Shown here in pieces: positions 37,173 through 44,763 of a stretch of DNA of 64,000 bases. The notes beneath the pieces are model-generated. The model made no database searches, was not told the DNA's origin, and saw only the letters and a list, made by a program, of their open reading frames with translations. The position numbers and the translations under genes were made by a program. Position 1 is the first letter of the stretch; the number at the start of each line of letters is the position of its first letter. This DNA is from Faecousia sp. (GTDB taxonomy: Bacteria; Bacillota; Clostridia; Oscillospirales; Oscillospiraceae): the NCBI GenBank assembly GCA_045594945.1, contig JAZNZO010000098.1:335-64334 (forward strand). Direction: 5' to 3'.

Positions 37173-37258
37173 ATGCTATCCGTTCCCTCGGGACGGATGA
37201 TATACCCGATGGGTATGATATCTGCTTTGCAGATGATATACGCTTCGCGCATGGCGAA
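37173..37258. repeat. Periodic array: ATGMTAT heptamer plus variable mini-hairpin (three exact 18-nt periods)
   Basis: ATGCTAT+ccgt..acgg (37173). ATGATAT+accc-gat-gggt (37197). ATGATAT+ctgc-ttt-gcag (37215). ATGATAT+acgc-ttc-gcg (37233). A ttcgc-gcatg-gcgaa hairpin follows. Confidence 0.6.
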
Positions 37259-37293
37259 CACAATGTTCTACCACAAAGAGATATATCCTTTCT

Positions 37294-37322
37294 GTATTTT
37301 TCCATCCAAAAAGGGCATTCTA
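37294..37322 (+). promoter_or_regulatory. Possible forespore (sigma-G/F-like) promoter for spoVAC
   Basis: GTATT, 17 nt, CATTCTA approximates the Bacillus sigma-G consensus GHATR-N17/18-CATXHTA. Confidence 0.3.
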
Positions 37323-37339
37323 ACCTCGGAGGGATGGCT

Positions 37340-37777
37340 ATGACGGAAAAAGAATACGGAAGACTGGTAAAATCCATGTCGCCTAAATCGCCTATTTTCA
37401 AAGATTGCCTCTTTGCCTTTCTTATTGGCGGCCTGATTTGTGTGCTGGGACAGGCCTGTTTGGATGGATACGGCGCTTTGGGCCTTTCCAAGGAAGATGC
37501 AGGCACTGCCACTTGCGCTACCTTGATTACCTTGTCGGCCCTGCTCACAGGGTTTAGTCTTTACGATAACATTGCCAAGTATGCAGGCGCAGGCACTTTG
37601 GTGCCTATTACCGGCTTTGCCAATGCGATTGCCGCCCCGGCAGTGGAATTCAAAACCGAAGGCTTTATTCTGGGCGTTGGCGCAAAGATGTTCACAATCG
37701 CAGGCCCTGTGATCGTCTACGGCGTTTCTGCATCCGTAGTTTATGGCATTATATATTGGATAACCACATTATTTTAA
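37340..37777 (+). CDS. spoVAC: Stage V sporulation protein AC
   Basis: Close to B. subtilis SpoVAC as I remember it: FLIGGLICVLGQ, YAGAGTLVPITGFANAI, GVGAKMFTIAGPVIVYG. ATG 37340 lies 6 nt after GGAGGG. Confidence 0.85.
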   Translation: MTEKEYGRLVKSMSPKSPIFKDCLFAFLIGGLICVLGQACLDGYGALGLSKEDAGTATCATLITLSALLTGFSLYDNIAKYAGAGTLVPITGFANAIAAPAVEFKTEGFILGVGAKMFTIAGPVIVYGVSASVVYGIIYWITTLF

Positions 37778-37778
37778 C

Positions 37779-37801
37779 GGGCGGTTAATAACCGCCCCTA
37801 C
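37779..37801 (-). repeat. REP-like GTAG-headed hairpin, copy A
   Basis: Minus strand reads GTAG-GGGCGGTT-att-AACCGCCC. Confidence 0.55.
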
Positions 37802-37821
37802 GGATTCTAACGAACATGGTT

Positions 37822-37844
37822 GTAGGGGCGGATATCATCCGCCC
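37822..37844 (+). repeat. REP-like GTAG-headed hairpin, copy B (inverted relative to copy A)
   Basis: GTAG-GGGCGGA-tatca-TCCGCCC. It has the same 10-nt head GTAGGGGCGG as copy A, 20 nt away. Confidence 0.55.
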
Positions 37845-37852
37845 GCAGAAAT

Positions 37853-37874
37853 GGCTTGACCGACCCGGTCAAGC
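37853..37874 (+). repeat. 22-bp hairpin, direct-repeat copy 1
   Basis: ggcttgaccgacccggtcaagc is identical to 39509-39530. The stem is 10 bp. No T-run follows this copy. Confidence 0.8.
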
Positions 37875-37913
37875 CTTTCGATAGTTTATAAAAAACTTGA
37901 TGCAAGCAGGCAG

Positions 37914-37942
37914 TTGAAAAGGAAATATTGTTGTGATATAAT
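37914..37942 (+). promoter_or_regulatory. Near-consensus promoter of the P-loop kinase gene
   Basis: TTGAAA (37914-37919), 17 nt, TATAAT (37937-37942). Confidence 0.6.
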
Positions 37943-37977
37943 GGTTGCAACATTTTTATTCAAAGGAAGTATGCCTT

Positions 37978-38541
37978 ATGAAGACATATACCATCGTTGC
38001 CGGTGTCAACGGCTGCGGAAAAAGTAGCCTGACCGGCGTTCTGCGGACAGAGATCGACAATTTGGGAAAGATCATCGATGTGGATAAGATCACCGTTACC
38101 TGTGGCGGAAATCTGCTGGAGGGCGCCAAGAAAGCGGTGGCACTGATTGATGAGTGCCTGGAAAAAGAAATCTGCTTCACACAGGAAACCACCCTTTCCG
38201 GCAGAAAGACGCTTAATACCATTAAACGGGCAATCGCAAAGGATTATTATATCCGGCTTTACTATGTTGGTCTTGACACGATGGAGGAAAGCCTGCTCCG
38301 CATCGAAAATCGGGTAAAAAGAGGCGGTCACAATATCAACACCGATACTGTGGCTAAGCGTTTTTCTAAACGATTTGAGGATCTGCTGATGATTTTGCCC
38401 CATTGCAACGAGGCTACTTTTTACGATAACGACAACGGCTTTGTTACTGTTGCCAGATATAAGAATGGAGAACTGCAGACCATCGGGCAGAACACTCCCA
38501 AGTGGCTTTTAGAACTGATGGAGAAGATGAAATCATTTTGA
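37978..38541 (+). CDS. Zeta-toxin-like / COG4185-type P-loop kinase
   Basis: Walker A GVNGCGKSS at residues 9-17. The size (~187 aa) and the RVKRGGHNI motif resemble zeta/AAA_33-type kinases. Confidence 0.55.
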   Translation: MKTYTIVAGVNGCGKSSLTGVLRTEIDNLGKIIDVDKITVTCGGNLLEGAKKAVALIDECLEKEICFTQETTLSGRKTLNTIKRAIAKDYYIRLYYVGLDTMEESLLRIENRVKRGGHNINTDTVAKRFSKRFEDLLMILPHCNEATFYDNDNGFVTVARYKNGELQTIGQNTPKWLLELMEKMKSF

Positions 38542-38578
38542 GATAAGGCTCCCTTTACACAAGGGAGGCTTTTGAATA

Positions 38579-38606
38579 TTGAAAATCGTAAGCTTTGTGC
38601 TATAAT
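38579..38606 (+). promoter_or_regulatory. Near-consensus extended -10 promoter of the TIM-barrel gene
   Basis: TTGAAA, 16 nt, TGcTATAAT (TATAAT at 38601-38606). Confidence 0.6.
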
Positions 38607-38654
38607 GATTGCATTCAATGGACACAAATGGTTTTGCGGTGAAAGGAAGAAAAA

Positions 38655-39485
38655 ATGAAACTGAGTATTTGGTCAAGTTATTATCCGGAATTGAAAGCGG
38701 AGGATGCCATTCAAAGACTGGCGGACAATGGAATATACTGCTCGGAACTTTCCGATGAGCACGGCTTTGAACTTCTGTCCAGAAGTGCTGATGTGATGGA
38801 AACGGCAAGGGGCTTTACCAAATTTCTGGCAGAGCGCAACTTTGAAATATCCCAAGGCCATTTGTGGCTCAGGATCAAGATCTGCGAGGACGATACAGCT
38901 TTGGAAAAACTTTATCCCTGGATCGATATGTATGAGGCTATGGGCATTAAGAATATGGTGCTGCATTGCGATAATATGACCGAAACGACTTTCACCCGGC
39001 AGGAAAAGATCGAAAGGAATGTCGAAAAATTACGCCTGTTGGCAGAGTACATAAAGGATAAGGATATTACGATCTGCCTTGAAAACCTTCGTCCTCTTGT
39101 GCCCGGCCAGGATGAACTGATAGACAGAAATGCTGACGACCTTTTGTATATAATCGACCGTATCGGAAGCAGCAAATTTGGCATCTGCCTTGATACGGGC
39201 CATCTGAATTTGACCGATAAAGATCAACTGGCATTTATACAAAAAGCGGGCGCGAAATTAAAAGCTCTGCATATTACTGACAATGACGGCAGTGCAGACC
39301 AGCACTTGATGCCCTTTAACAGAGGGGAAATTGATTTTGTAAGGATTGTAAAGGCCCTGCGGGAGGTCAATTATTCCGGCATCTTTAATCTGGAGATCCC
39401 CGGGGAAAGAAATGTTCCGCTGCCGCTGCGCGATGCAAAGATCGCATATATCAAGGCGGGCTATCAGTATTTGATGAATGCATAA
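38655..39485 (+). CDS. Sugar phosphate isomerase/epimerase (xylose-isomerase-like TIM barrel)
   Basis: 276 aa with ICLENL, GICLDTGHLN and HITDNDGSADQHLMP metal-ligand-like motifs typical of the AP_endonuc_2 fold. Confidence 0.65.
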   Translation: MKLSIWSSYYPELKAEDAIQRLADNGIYCSELSDEHGFELLSRSADVMETARGFTKFLAERNFEISQGHLWLRIKICEDDTALEKLYPWIDMYEAMGIKNMVLHCDNMTETTFTRQEKIERNVEKLRLLAEYIKDKDITICLENLRPLVPGQDELIDRNADDLLYIIDRIGSSKFGICLDTGHLNLTDKDQLAFIQKAGAKLKALHITDNDGSADQHLMPFNRGEIDFVRIVKALREVNYSGIFNLEIPGERNVPLPLRDAKIAYIKAGYQYLMNA

Positions 39486-39508
39486 TTGCGCATATTGACC
39501 TGTAAAAA

Positions 39509-39536
39509 GGCTTGACCGACCCGGTCAAGCTTTTTT
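39509..39536 (+). terminator. 22-bp hairpin, direct-repeat copy 2, here with T-run (functional terminator)
   Basis: ggcttgaccgacccggtcaagc followed by tttttt. Confidence 0.8.
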
Positions 39537-39589
39537 GTTGCAGAAAGGGTTTGGAAAGATTATAATAAAACAAGGAAGAAGGTGGCAGG

Positions 39590-40465
39590 ATGTACCGGAC
39601 GGCGAATGACTATTATAAGGAAAAATACGGCACGAAGGTGTACAAACTATCCTTAGATGGCGGTTTTACCTGTCCTAACCGGGACGGTCGCGTTTCCACC
39701 GGGGGATGTATTTTCTGTTCGGCCTTGGGTGGCGGAGAATTTGCCGAACACGGCGCAAATATTGCCCAACAGTTGGAAAAAGCCAAAGGCCGGGTGGCAG
39801 GCAAGATAAAAGAGGGAAAGTATATTGCTTATTTTCAGTCTTTTACCAACACCTATGGCCCGGTTGAGAAGTTAAGAAAGATGTATTATGAAGCGATTGC
39901 GCCGGAAGAGATTGTTGGGCTGAATGTTGCTACCCGGCCGGACTGTCTGCCGGAGGAAACAATCCGGCTGCTTGCAGAAATAAATACCATTAAGCCGGTA
40001 ACGGTGGAATTAGGGCTGCAAACAGCGGACGATACTGTTGCAGACTACATAAATCGGGGCTATAGGACCTGCGTTTTTGCCGATGCGGTTGCCCGCCTGA
40101 AAGCGGCTGGTGTGGAAGTGATTACCCACATTATCATCGGCTTGCCCGGGGACGATCCGGTGGCAACCACCCGCTTTGCAGCGGCCTGCGGCACAGATGG
40201 GGTGAAGTTCCACCTTCTGCACATTCTCAAAAACACACGCCTTGCCAAGGAATACGAAGCAGGAAAGGTCAGAGCCCTATCTCTGGAAGAATACGCCCGA
40301 GTGCTGAAAAACTGCATTTCGGTGCTGCCGGGAGAAACCGTCGTCCACCGGATCACCGGGGACGGTGCAAAAAAGGATCTGATTGCCCCTGCGTGGTCTG
40401 CAGATAAAAAGAAGACACTGAATTATCTTAACAAATATCTAAAGGACGAAGACAGTTTTCTGTAG
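39590..40465 (+). CDS. Radical SAM protein, TIGR01212-like family
   Basis: LDGGFTCPNRDGRVSTGGCIFCS N-terminal cluster motif is characteristic of this family. 291 aa. Confidence 0.75.
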   Translation: MYRTANDYYKEKYGTKVYKLSLDGGFTCPNRDGRVSTGGCIFCSALGGGEFAEHGANIAQQLEKAKGRVAGKIKEGKYIAYFQSFTNTYGPVEKLRKMYYEAIAPEEIVGLNVATRPDCLPEETIRLLAEINTIKPVTVELGLQTADDTVADYINRGYRTCVFADAVARLKAAGVEVITHIIIGLPGDDPVATTRFAAACGTDGVKFHLLHILKNTRLAKEYEAGKVRALSLEEYARVLKNCISVLPGETVVHRITGDGAKKDLIAPAWSADKKKTLNYLNKYLKDEDSFL

Positions 40466-40504
40466 CAATGTGCGCGCTTTGCCGGGTAACCATATTGTTC
40501 TAAA

Positions 40505-40531
40505 AAAGAGAGGGGCGATGCCCCTCTTTTG
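40505..40531 (+). terminator. Intrinsic terminator
   Basis: gagaggggc-gat-gcccctc followed by tttt. Confidence 0.75.
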
Positions 40532-40571
40532 TGCGTAATAGTAAACATTTAATTGTTAATAACAATAACAG

Positions 40572-40600
40572 TTGACAAAATATAAGCAATCGTTTACTAT
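40572..40600 (+). promoter_or_regulatory. Promoter of the XRE-MMPL operon
   Basis: TTGACA (40572-40577), 17 nt, TACTAT. Confidence 0.5.
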
Positions 40601-40633
40601 AAAGACACAAATTATGAGCGGAGGTGGATCTAT

Positions 40634-41026
40634 ATGACTATGGGTGAACGCATCCGGGCGTTGCGAAAGAAAAGCAATATGTCTATGGAAGAACTGGGCG
40701 CCCGATTGGGGGTTGGAAAGTCTGCAATACTGAAGTACGAAAAAGGATATGTAGAGAATCTGCCCCGGACGAAAGTGGAAAAGATGGCAGCCTTATTCCG
40801 GGTTTCCCCAGAGTATATTATGGCCTTTGACGAAAAGGAAAAGCCGGAGAGCATGACGGAGGATATGGCAAGAAAATATCTGACTGATAAATGCGGCGAC
40901 CGGGCGCTTGAACTTGTGAATATGTTTGCACAAATGACAGAGAAAAATAAAAGCAAACTGTTGGAGTTGTGCGAGGATATTACGAAAGCGCAAAAGTATG
41001 AGTCTGCGGCGGCAGTGTTCAAGTAG
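40634..41026 (+). CDS. XRE-family transcriptional regulator (130 aa)
   Basis: MGERIRALRKKSNMSMEELGARLGVGKSAILKYEKG is an HTH_3-type motif. GGAGGTG lies 7 nt upstream of ATG 40634. Confidence 0.7.
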   Translation: MTMGERIRALRKKSNMSMEELGARLGVGKSAILKYEKGYVENLPRTKVEKMAALFRVSPEYIMAFDEKEKPESMTEDMARKYLTDKCGDRALELVNMFAQMTEKNKSKLLELCEDITKAQKYESAAAVFK

Positions 41027-41070
41027 AACAGTTCTTTACATATATAAAAGCATAAAGGATGTGACAACAG

Positions 41071-43119
41071 ATGGAAAGGCTTTTTACAAACCTGATAGGC
41101 AAGCGGAAACTGATACTTATTCTTTTCGCAGTAGCCTTTGTGGTTTGCTTTCTTTGCAGTAAGCTGGTGGCAGTAAATTATGACATAATGGATTATCTTC
41201 CGGATAAAACAAAATCCACCCAGTCGTTGGAAGTGTTGGGGGAGGAGTTTTCCGGAGGCATTCCCAACGCCCGTGTTATGGTGAAGGATGTTACCATTCC
41301 CCAGGCGCTGGAGTATAAAGAGAAACTTAAAAACATATCCGGCGTAACCGCAGTTACCTGGCTGGACGATGCAGTGGATATGACAACGCCCATTGCCACT
41401 ATGGACCAGGATACATTGGCAGAGTATTATAAGGACAATGCGGCCTTGTTTACCGTTACCATTGCAGATGCGCATGTGCTTGACGGTGTGGAAGAAATCC
41501 GCGATTTGATTGGCCAAAAGGGCGCGGTAACGGGAATTGCGGTTTCTACCGCAGATGCCACCACAAAGACGGTAACGGAGATTTTGAAAATTACCATTAT
41601 TGCAGTGGCTTTCGTTTCCCTTGTTTTGCTGTTAACAACAACTTCCTGGGTGGAACCCATTGTTGTTCTTGCAGGATTGGGTATGGCAATCATGCTTAAT
41701 AACGGCAGCAACTTGCTGTTTGGGGAAATTTCGTTTGTTACCAATGCGGCGGGCAGTGTTTTGCTGCTGGCAGTCTCCTTGGATTATTCTGTTTTCCTTT
41801 TGCACCGTTTCCACGAATGTTTGCAAATGAATGCCGACCCAAAAGACGCTATGTTGGAAGCACTGAAAAAATCCGCTTCTTCCATTGTTTCCAGTGGACT
41901 TACAACGGTCATTGGCTTTATTGCATTGGTGCTAATGCAATTTAAGATTGGCGCAGACCTGGGCCTTGCCCTTGCAAAGGGTGTTTTCATCAGCCTGCTA
42001 ACGGTTTTTACCTTTATGCCGGCGCTTATCCTTGCTACCCATAAGTGGATTCAAAAGACGGCCCATAAGCCGATTTTGCCTGCCTTTAAGAGTTTGGGGA
42101 AGGCGGCTTTTAAGGTCGCAATTCCTTTGGTTTGCCTGTTTGTCATTTTGATTATTCCTTCTTATCTTGGCTCTAACGCCAACAGTTACCTGTACGGCGC
42201 ATCCGAAATTTTTAAGGAAGGCACACAGTTTGGACAGGATAAGGTGGCAATTCAGGAAGTGTTTGGGCAGAGCGATACCTATGTGCTGATGGTACCTAAA
42301 GGAGATACTGCCACAGAAACAAAACTTTCTGAGGAACTGCATGCAATTCCTGAAATAACCGGTATTATTTCTTATGTGGATATGGCAGGGGCAGAAATTC
42401 CCAATGCCTATCTGGATGCAAACACTTTGGCCCAATTAGAGGGCGAAAACTATAGCCGTATGGTTTTAACGGTGGATGTACCCTATGAGGGGGAAGCCAC
42501 CTTTGACCTGGTGGAAAAGGTGCGGGCCATTGCAGAAAAGTACTATCCGGAGGATCATTACCTGGCAGGCAACGGCGTTAGTTCCTATGACTTGAAGCAG
42601 ACCATTACTGCCGATATGGTACTTGTGAACTTAGTGGCCATTGGCGCTGTGTTTGCGATTTTGCTGATTATGCTCAAGTCCATATCCCTGCCCTTTATTC
42701 TGGTGCTGTCCATCGAAACGGCAATCTGGCTGAATTTGTCCGTGCCGTATTTTGCCGACCAACCGGTTTACTATCTGGCATACTTAATCATCAGCGCGGT
42801 GCAGCTTGGTGCGACAGTGGACTATGCGATTTTGATGACCGACCGCTATCGGGAAAACCGGAATACATTGGATAAGAAAACGGCGGTTATGCAAACCGTA
42901 AACGATACCTTTGTGTCCATTATGACATCGGGCAGCGTAATGACCATCGTTGGCCTGCTGATGGGCTGGATTTCCTCTAACCAGTTGCTGGCGCAGTTGG
43001 GTATTTTTATTGGCAGAGGCGCGATTTTCTCTTTGGTAATCGTAATATTTGTCTTGCCGGGACTTTTTTATCTTTGTGACGGTATGATTGTGAAAAAAAG
43101 AAAGGTAACAGAACAATGA
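41071..43119 (+). CDS. MMPL/RND-superfamily membrane transporter
   Basis: 682 aa, two 6-TM bundles each followed by a large loop. The SLDYSVFLLHRF and GATVDYAILMTDRY motifs are typical of MMPL proteins. Confidence 0.75.
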   Translation: MERLFTNLIGKRKLILILFAVAFVVCFLCSKLVAVNYDIMDYLPDKTKSTQSLEVLGEEFSGGIPNARVMVKDVTIPQALEYKEKLKNISGVTAVTWLDDAVDMTTPIATMDQDTLAEYYKDNAALFTVTIADAHVLDGVEEIRDLIGQKGAVTGIAVSTADATTKTVTEILKITIIAVAFVSLVLLLTTTSWVEPIVVLAGLGMAIMLNNGSNLLFGEISFVTNAAGSVLLLAVSLDYSVFLLHRFHECLQMNADPKDAMLEALKKSASSIVSSGLTTVIGFIALVLMQFKIGADLGLALAKGVFISLLTVFTFMPALILATHKWIQKTAHKPILPAFKSLGKAAFKVAIPLVCLFVILIIPSYLGSNANSYLYGASEIFKEGTQFGQDKVAIQEVFGQSDTYVLMVPKGDTATETKLSEELHAIPEITGIISYVDMAGAEIPNAYLDANTLAQLEGENYSRMVLTVDVPYEGEATFDLVEKVRAIAEKYYPEDHYLAGNGVSSYDLKQTITADMVLVNLVAIGAVFAILLIMLKSISLPFILVLSIETAIWLNLSVPYFADQPVYYLAYLIISAVQLGATVDYAILMTDRYRENRNTLDKKTAVMQTVNDTFVSIMTSGSVMTIVGLLMGWISSNQLLAQLGIFIGRGAIFSLVIVIFVLPGLFYLCDGMIVKKRKVTEQ

Positions 43120-44672
43120 AAAACAGTAAAAGAATAATTGCAATATTGCTGGCGGTGTTGCTTCTGAGCAGCGTGATGCCGTTGCCCACTTTTGCCCAGG
43201 CGGAAAATACCCCCAAAGAAGAAGTGGTGTATATCAATCTGAATGCAGACGGCTCGGTAAAAGAAATCGTTGTGGTGAATATTTTTGAACTGACAGCGGA
43301 CGGCAAAATTATCGACTATGGCAAATACCAAAATCTGCGGAATATGACCACAACGGACCACATCGGGTATACCGATGAAACCGTTACCATTGATGCCAAG
43401 GCCGGCAAACTGTATTATGAAGGCAAACTGGACAGCAATGTTATGCCCTGGAATATGGCAATTCGCTACTATATGGATGGGGTGGAATACAAGGCATCCG
43501 ATATTGCCGGCAAAAGCGGCGATCTGAAAATTACGATCCATATTACGGAGAATGAAAATTGCATTGGCAATTTCTTCGAGGGCTTTGCGCTGCAGGCTTC
43601 TGTTACACTGGATACGAAAAAATGCACGAATATCCATGCAGAGGGTGCAACAGTTGCCAATGTGGGCAGCAACAAGCAGCTTTCTTATACCATTTTCCCC
43701 AACAAGGGCGCAAATATTGAAATTACCGCAAAAGTAAAGGATTTTGAAATGAATGCCATTGCAATCAATGGTATCAAACTGAGCCTTGCACTGAATGTGG
43801 ATAATGCCTTTGTACAGGATATGGTTGGAGAACTGGTGGGCGCAGTTCAGACTTTGGACCAGGGTGTAACCGATCTGAATAACGGCACCAAGGAAGTGTA
43901 TGATGGCACCAGCACCCTAAACAATAAGGTTGGCGAACTGGCTTCCGGTGTGGGCAAACTCAGCAGTGGTGCAGGGGATTTGTCCAGTGGATTGTCTACG
44001 ATTACTTCGAAAAACAAGACCCTTACCGATGGCGCATACTCTGTTTTCAAAGGCTTGTGCAAAGCCTCTGAGAAGATTGTGAATGCAGAACTGAAAGACA
44101 AGGGCTTGGGCACCATAACCCTGACCCCTGAAAACTATGGGTCTGTTTTGCCCGGACTGATTAAACTGTTAGGTAACAGCGAACAGGCATCGGCCGTTGC
44201 AGACCTGAAAAAGCAGCTGGATAATTACAGCACCTTCTATGGGGGACTGAAGGACTATACTTCTGCGGTAAGTTCTGCTTCAAGCGGCGCAAAGACACTG
44301 AAAACCAATATGGAAACCCTGAATAAAAATGTAGGGTTGCTGGATGATGCAGTGGGCGAACTGAACGACGGCGTTAAGCAGCTGTACAACGGAACTACAG
44401 AAATGAAAAAGGGCACAGAAGAATTTGCAAAGAGAACAGAGGGATTTGAATCGGAAGTCGGTTCTCAAATTGATGATATTCTTGTGGGTCTGACCGGCAG
44501 CAATGTGGAAACCACATCCTTTGTTTCCGAGAAAAATACAAATATCAAATCTGTGCAGTTCGTTATTCGCACAGAGGCAATCGAAGCGGCAGAAGAGGTA
44601 AATGAGCAGCCTGTGGTGCAGGAGAAACTCAATCTGTGGCAGAAACTGCTGAGACTGTTTGGCTTATACTAA
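43116..44672 (+). CDS. Secreted protein with YhgE/Pip-like heptad-repeat region
   Basis: Signal peptide MKNSKRIIAILLAVLLLSSVMPLPTFAQA. The repeats DQGVTDLNNGTKEVYDGTSTLNNKVGELASGVGKLSSGAGDLSSGLSTI resemble the YhgE/Pip N-terminal repeats. ATGA overlap with the MMPL gene. Confidence 0.45.
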   Translation: MKNSKRIIAILLAVLLLSSVMPLPTFAQAENTPKEEVVYINLNADGSVKEIVVVNIFELTADGKIIDYGKYQNLRNMTTTDHIGYTDETVTIDAKAGKLYYEGKLDSNVMPWNMAIRYYMDGVEYKASDIAGKSGDLKITIHITENENCIGNFFEGFALQASVTLDTKKCTNIHAEGATVANVGSNKQLSYTIFPNKGANIEITAKVKDFEMNAIAINGIKLSLALNVDNAFVQDMVGELVGAVQTLDQGVTDLNNGTKEVYDGTSTLNNKVGELASGVGKLSSGAGDLSSGLSTITSKNKTLTDGAYSVFKGLCKASEKIVNAELKDKGLGTITLTPENYGSVLPGLIKLLGNSEQASAVADLKKQLDNYSTFYGGLKDYTSAVSSASSGAKTLKTNMETLNKNVGLLDDAVGELNDGVKQLYNGTTEMKKGTEEFAKRTEGFESEVGSQIDDILVGLTGSNVETTSFVSEKNTNIKSVQFVIRTEAIEAAEEVNEQPVVQEKLNLWQKLLRLFGLY

Positions 44673-44678
44673 GAAAAA

Positions 44679-44709
44679 GGGGCTGTTGCAAAATGAAAGC
44701 AACAGCCCC
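44679..44709. terminator. Hairpin between convergent genes
   Basis: ggggctgttgc-aaaatgaaa-gcaacagcccc, with an A-run upstream. Confidence 0.6.
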
Positions 44710-44763
44710 TGAAATTATGCAAATGTCTACATCCTACGTATTCTGTGGATTGATTTGCGTATT

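Noticed and set aside
37158-37343. 61-aa ORF (MEGALMLSVPSGRMIYPMGMISALQMIYASRMAN...) spanning the 18-nt periodic array.
   Set aside because: It has no RBS. Its 6-residue periodicity simply mirrors the DNA repeat, and it runs into the spoVAC start. I treat it as non-coding until conservation or ribosome profiling shows otherwise.
37978-38541. Zeta/epsilon toxin-antitoxin module.
   Set aside because: No small antitoxin ORF precedes or follows the kinase. The upstream 100 nt hold a promoter and hairpins. It is kept only as a zeta-like P-loop kinase.
37876-39508. Compositional island (low GC) for the cassette between the 22-bp repeats.
   Set aside because: I hand-counted about 130 nt of the TIM-barrel gene (about 44% GC) and about 120 nt of topA (about 46% GC). 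The difference is not convincing, so a proper windowed calculation is needed. No compositional claim is made.
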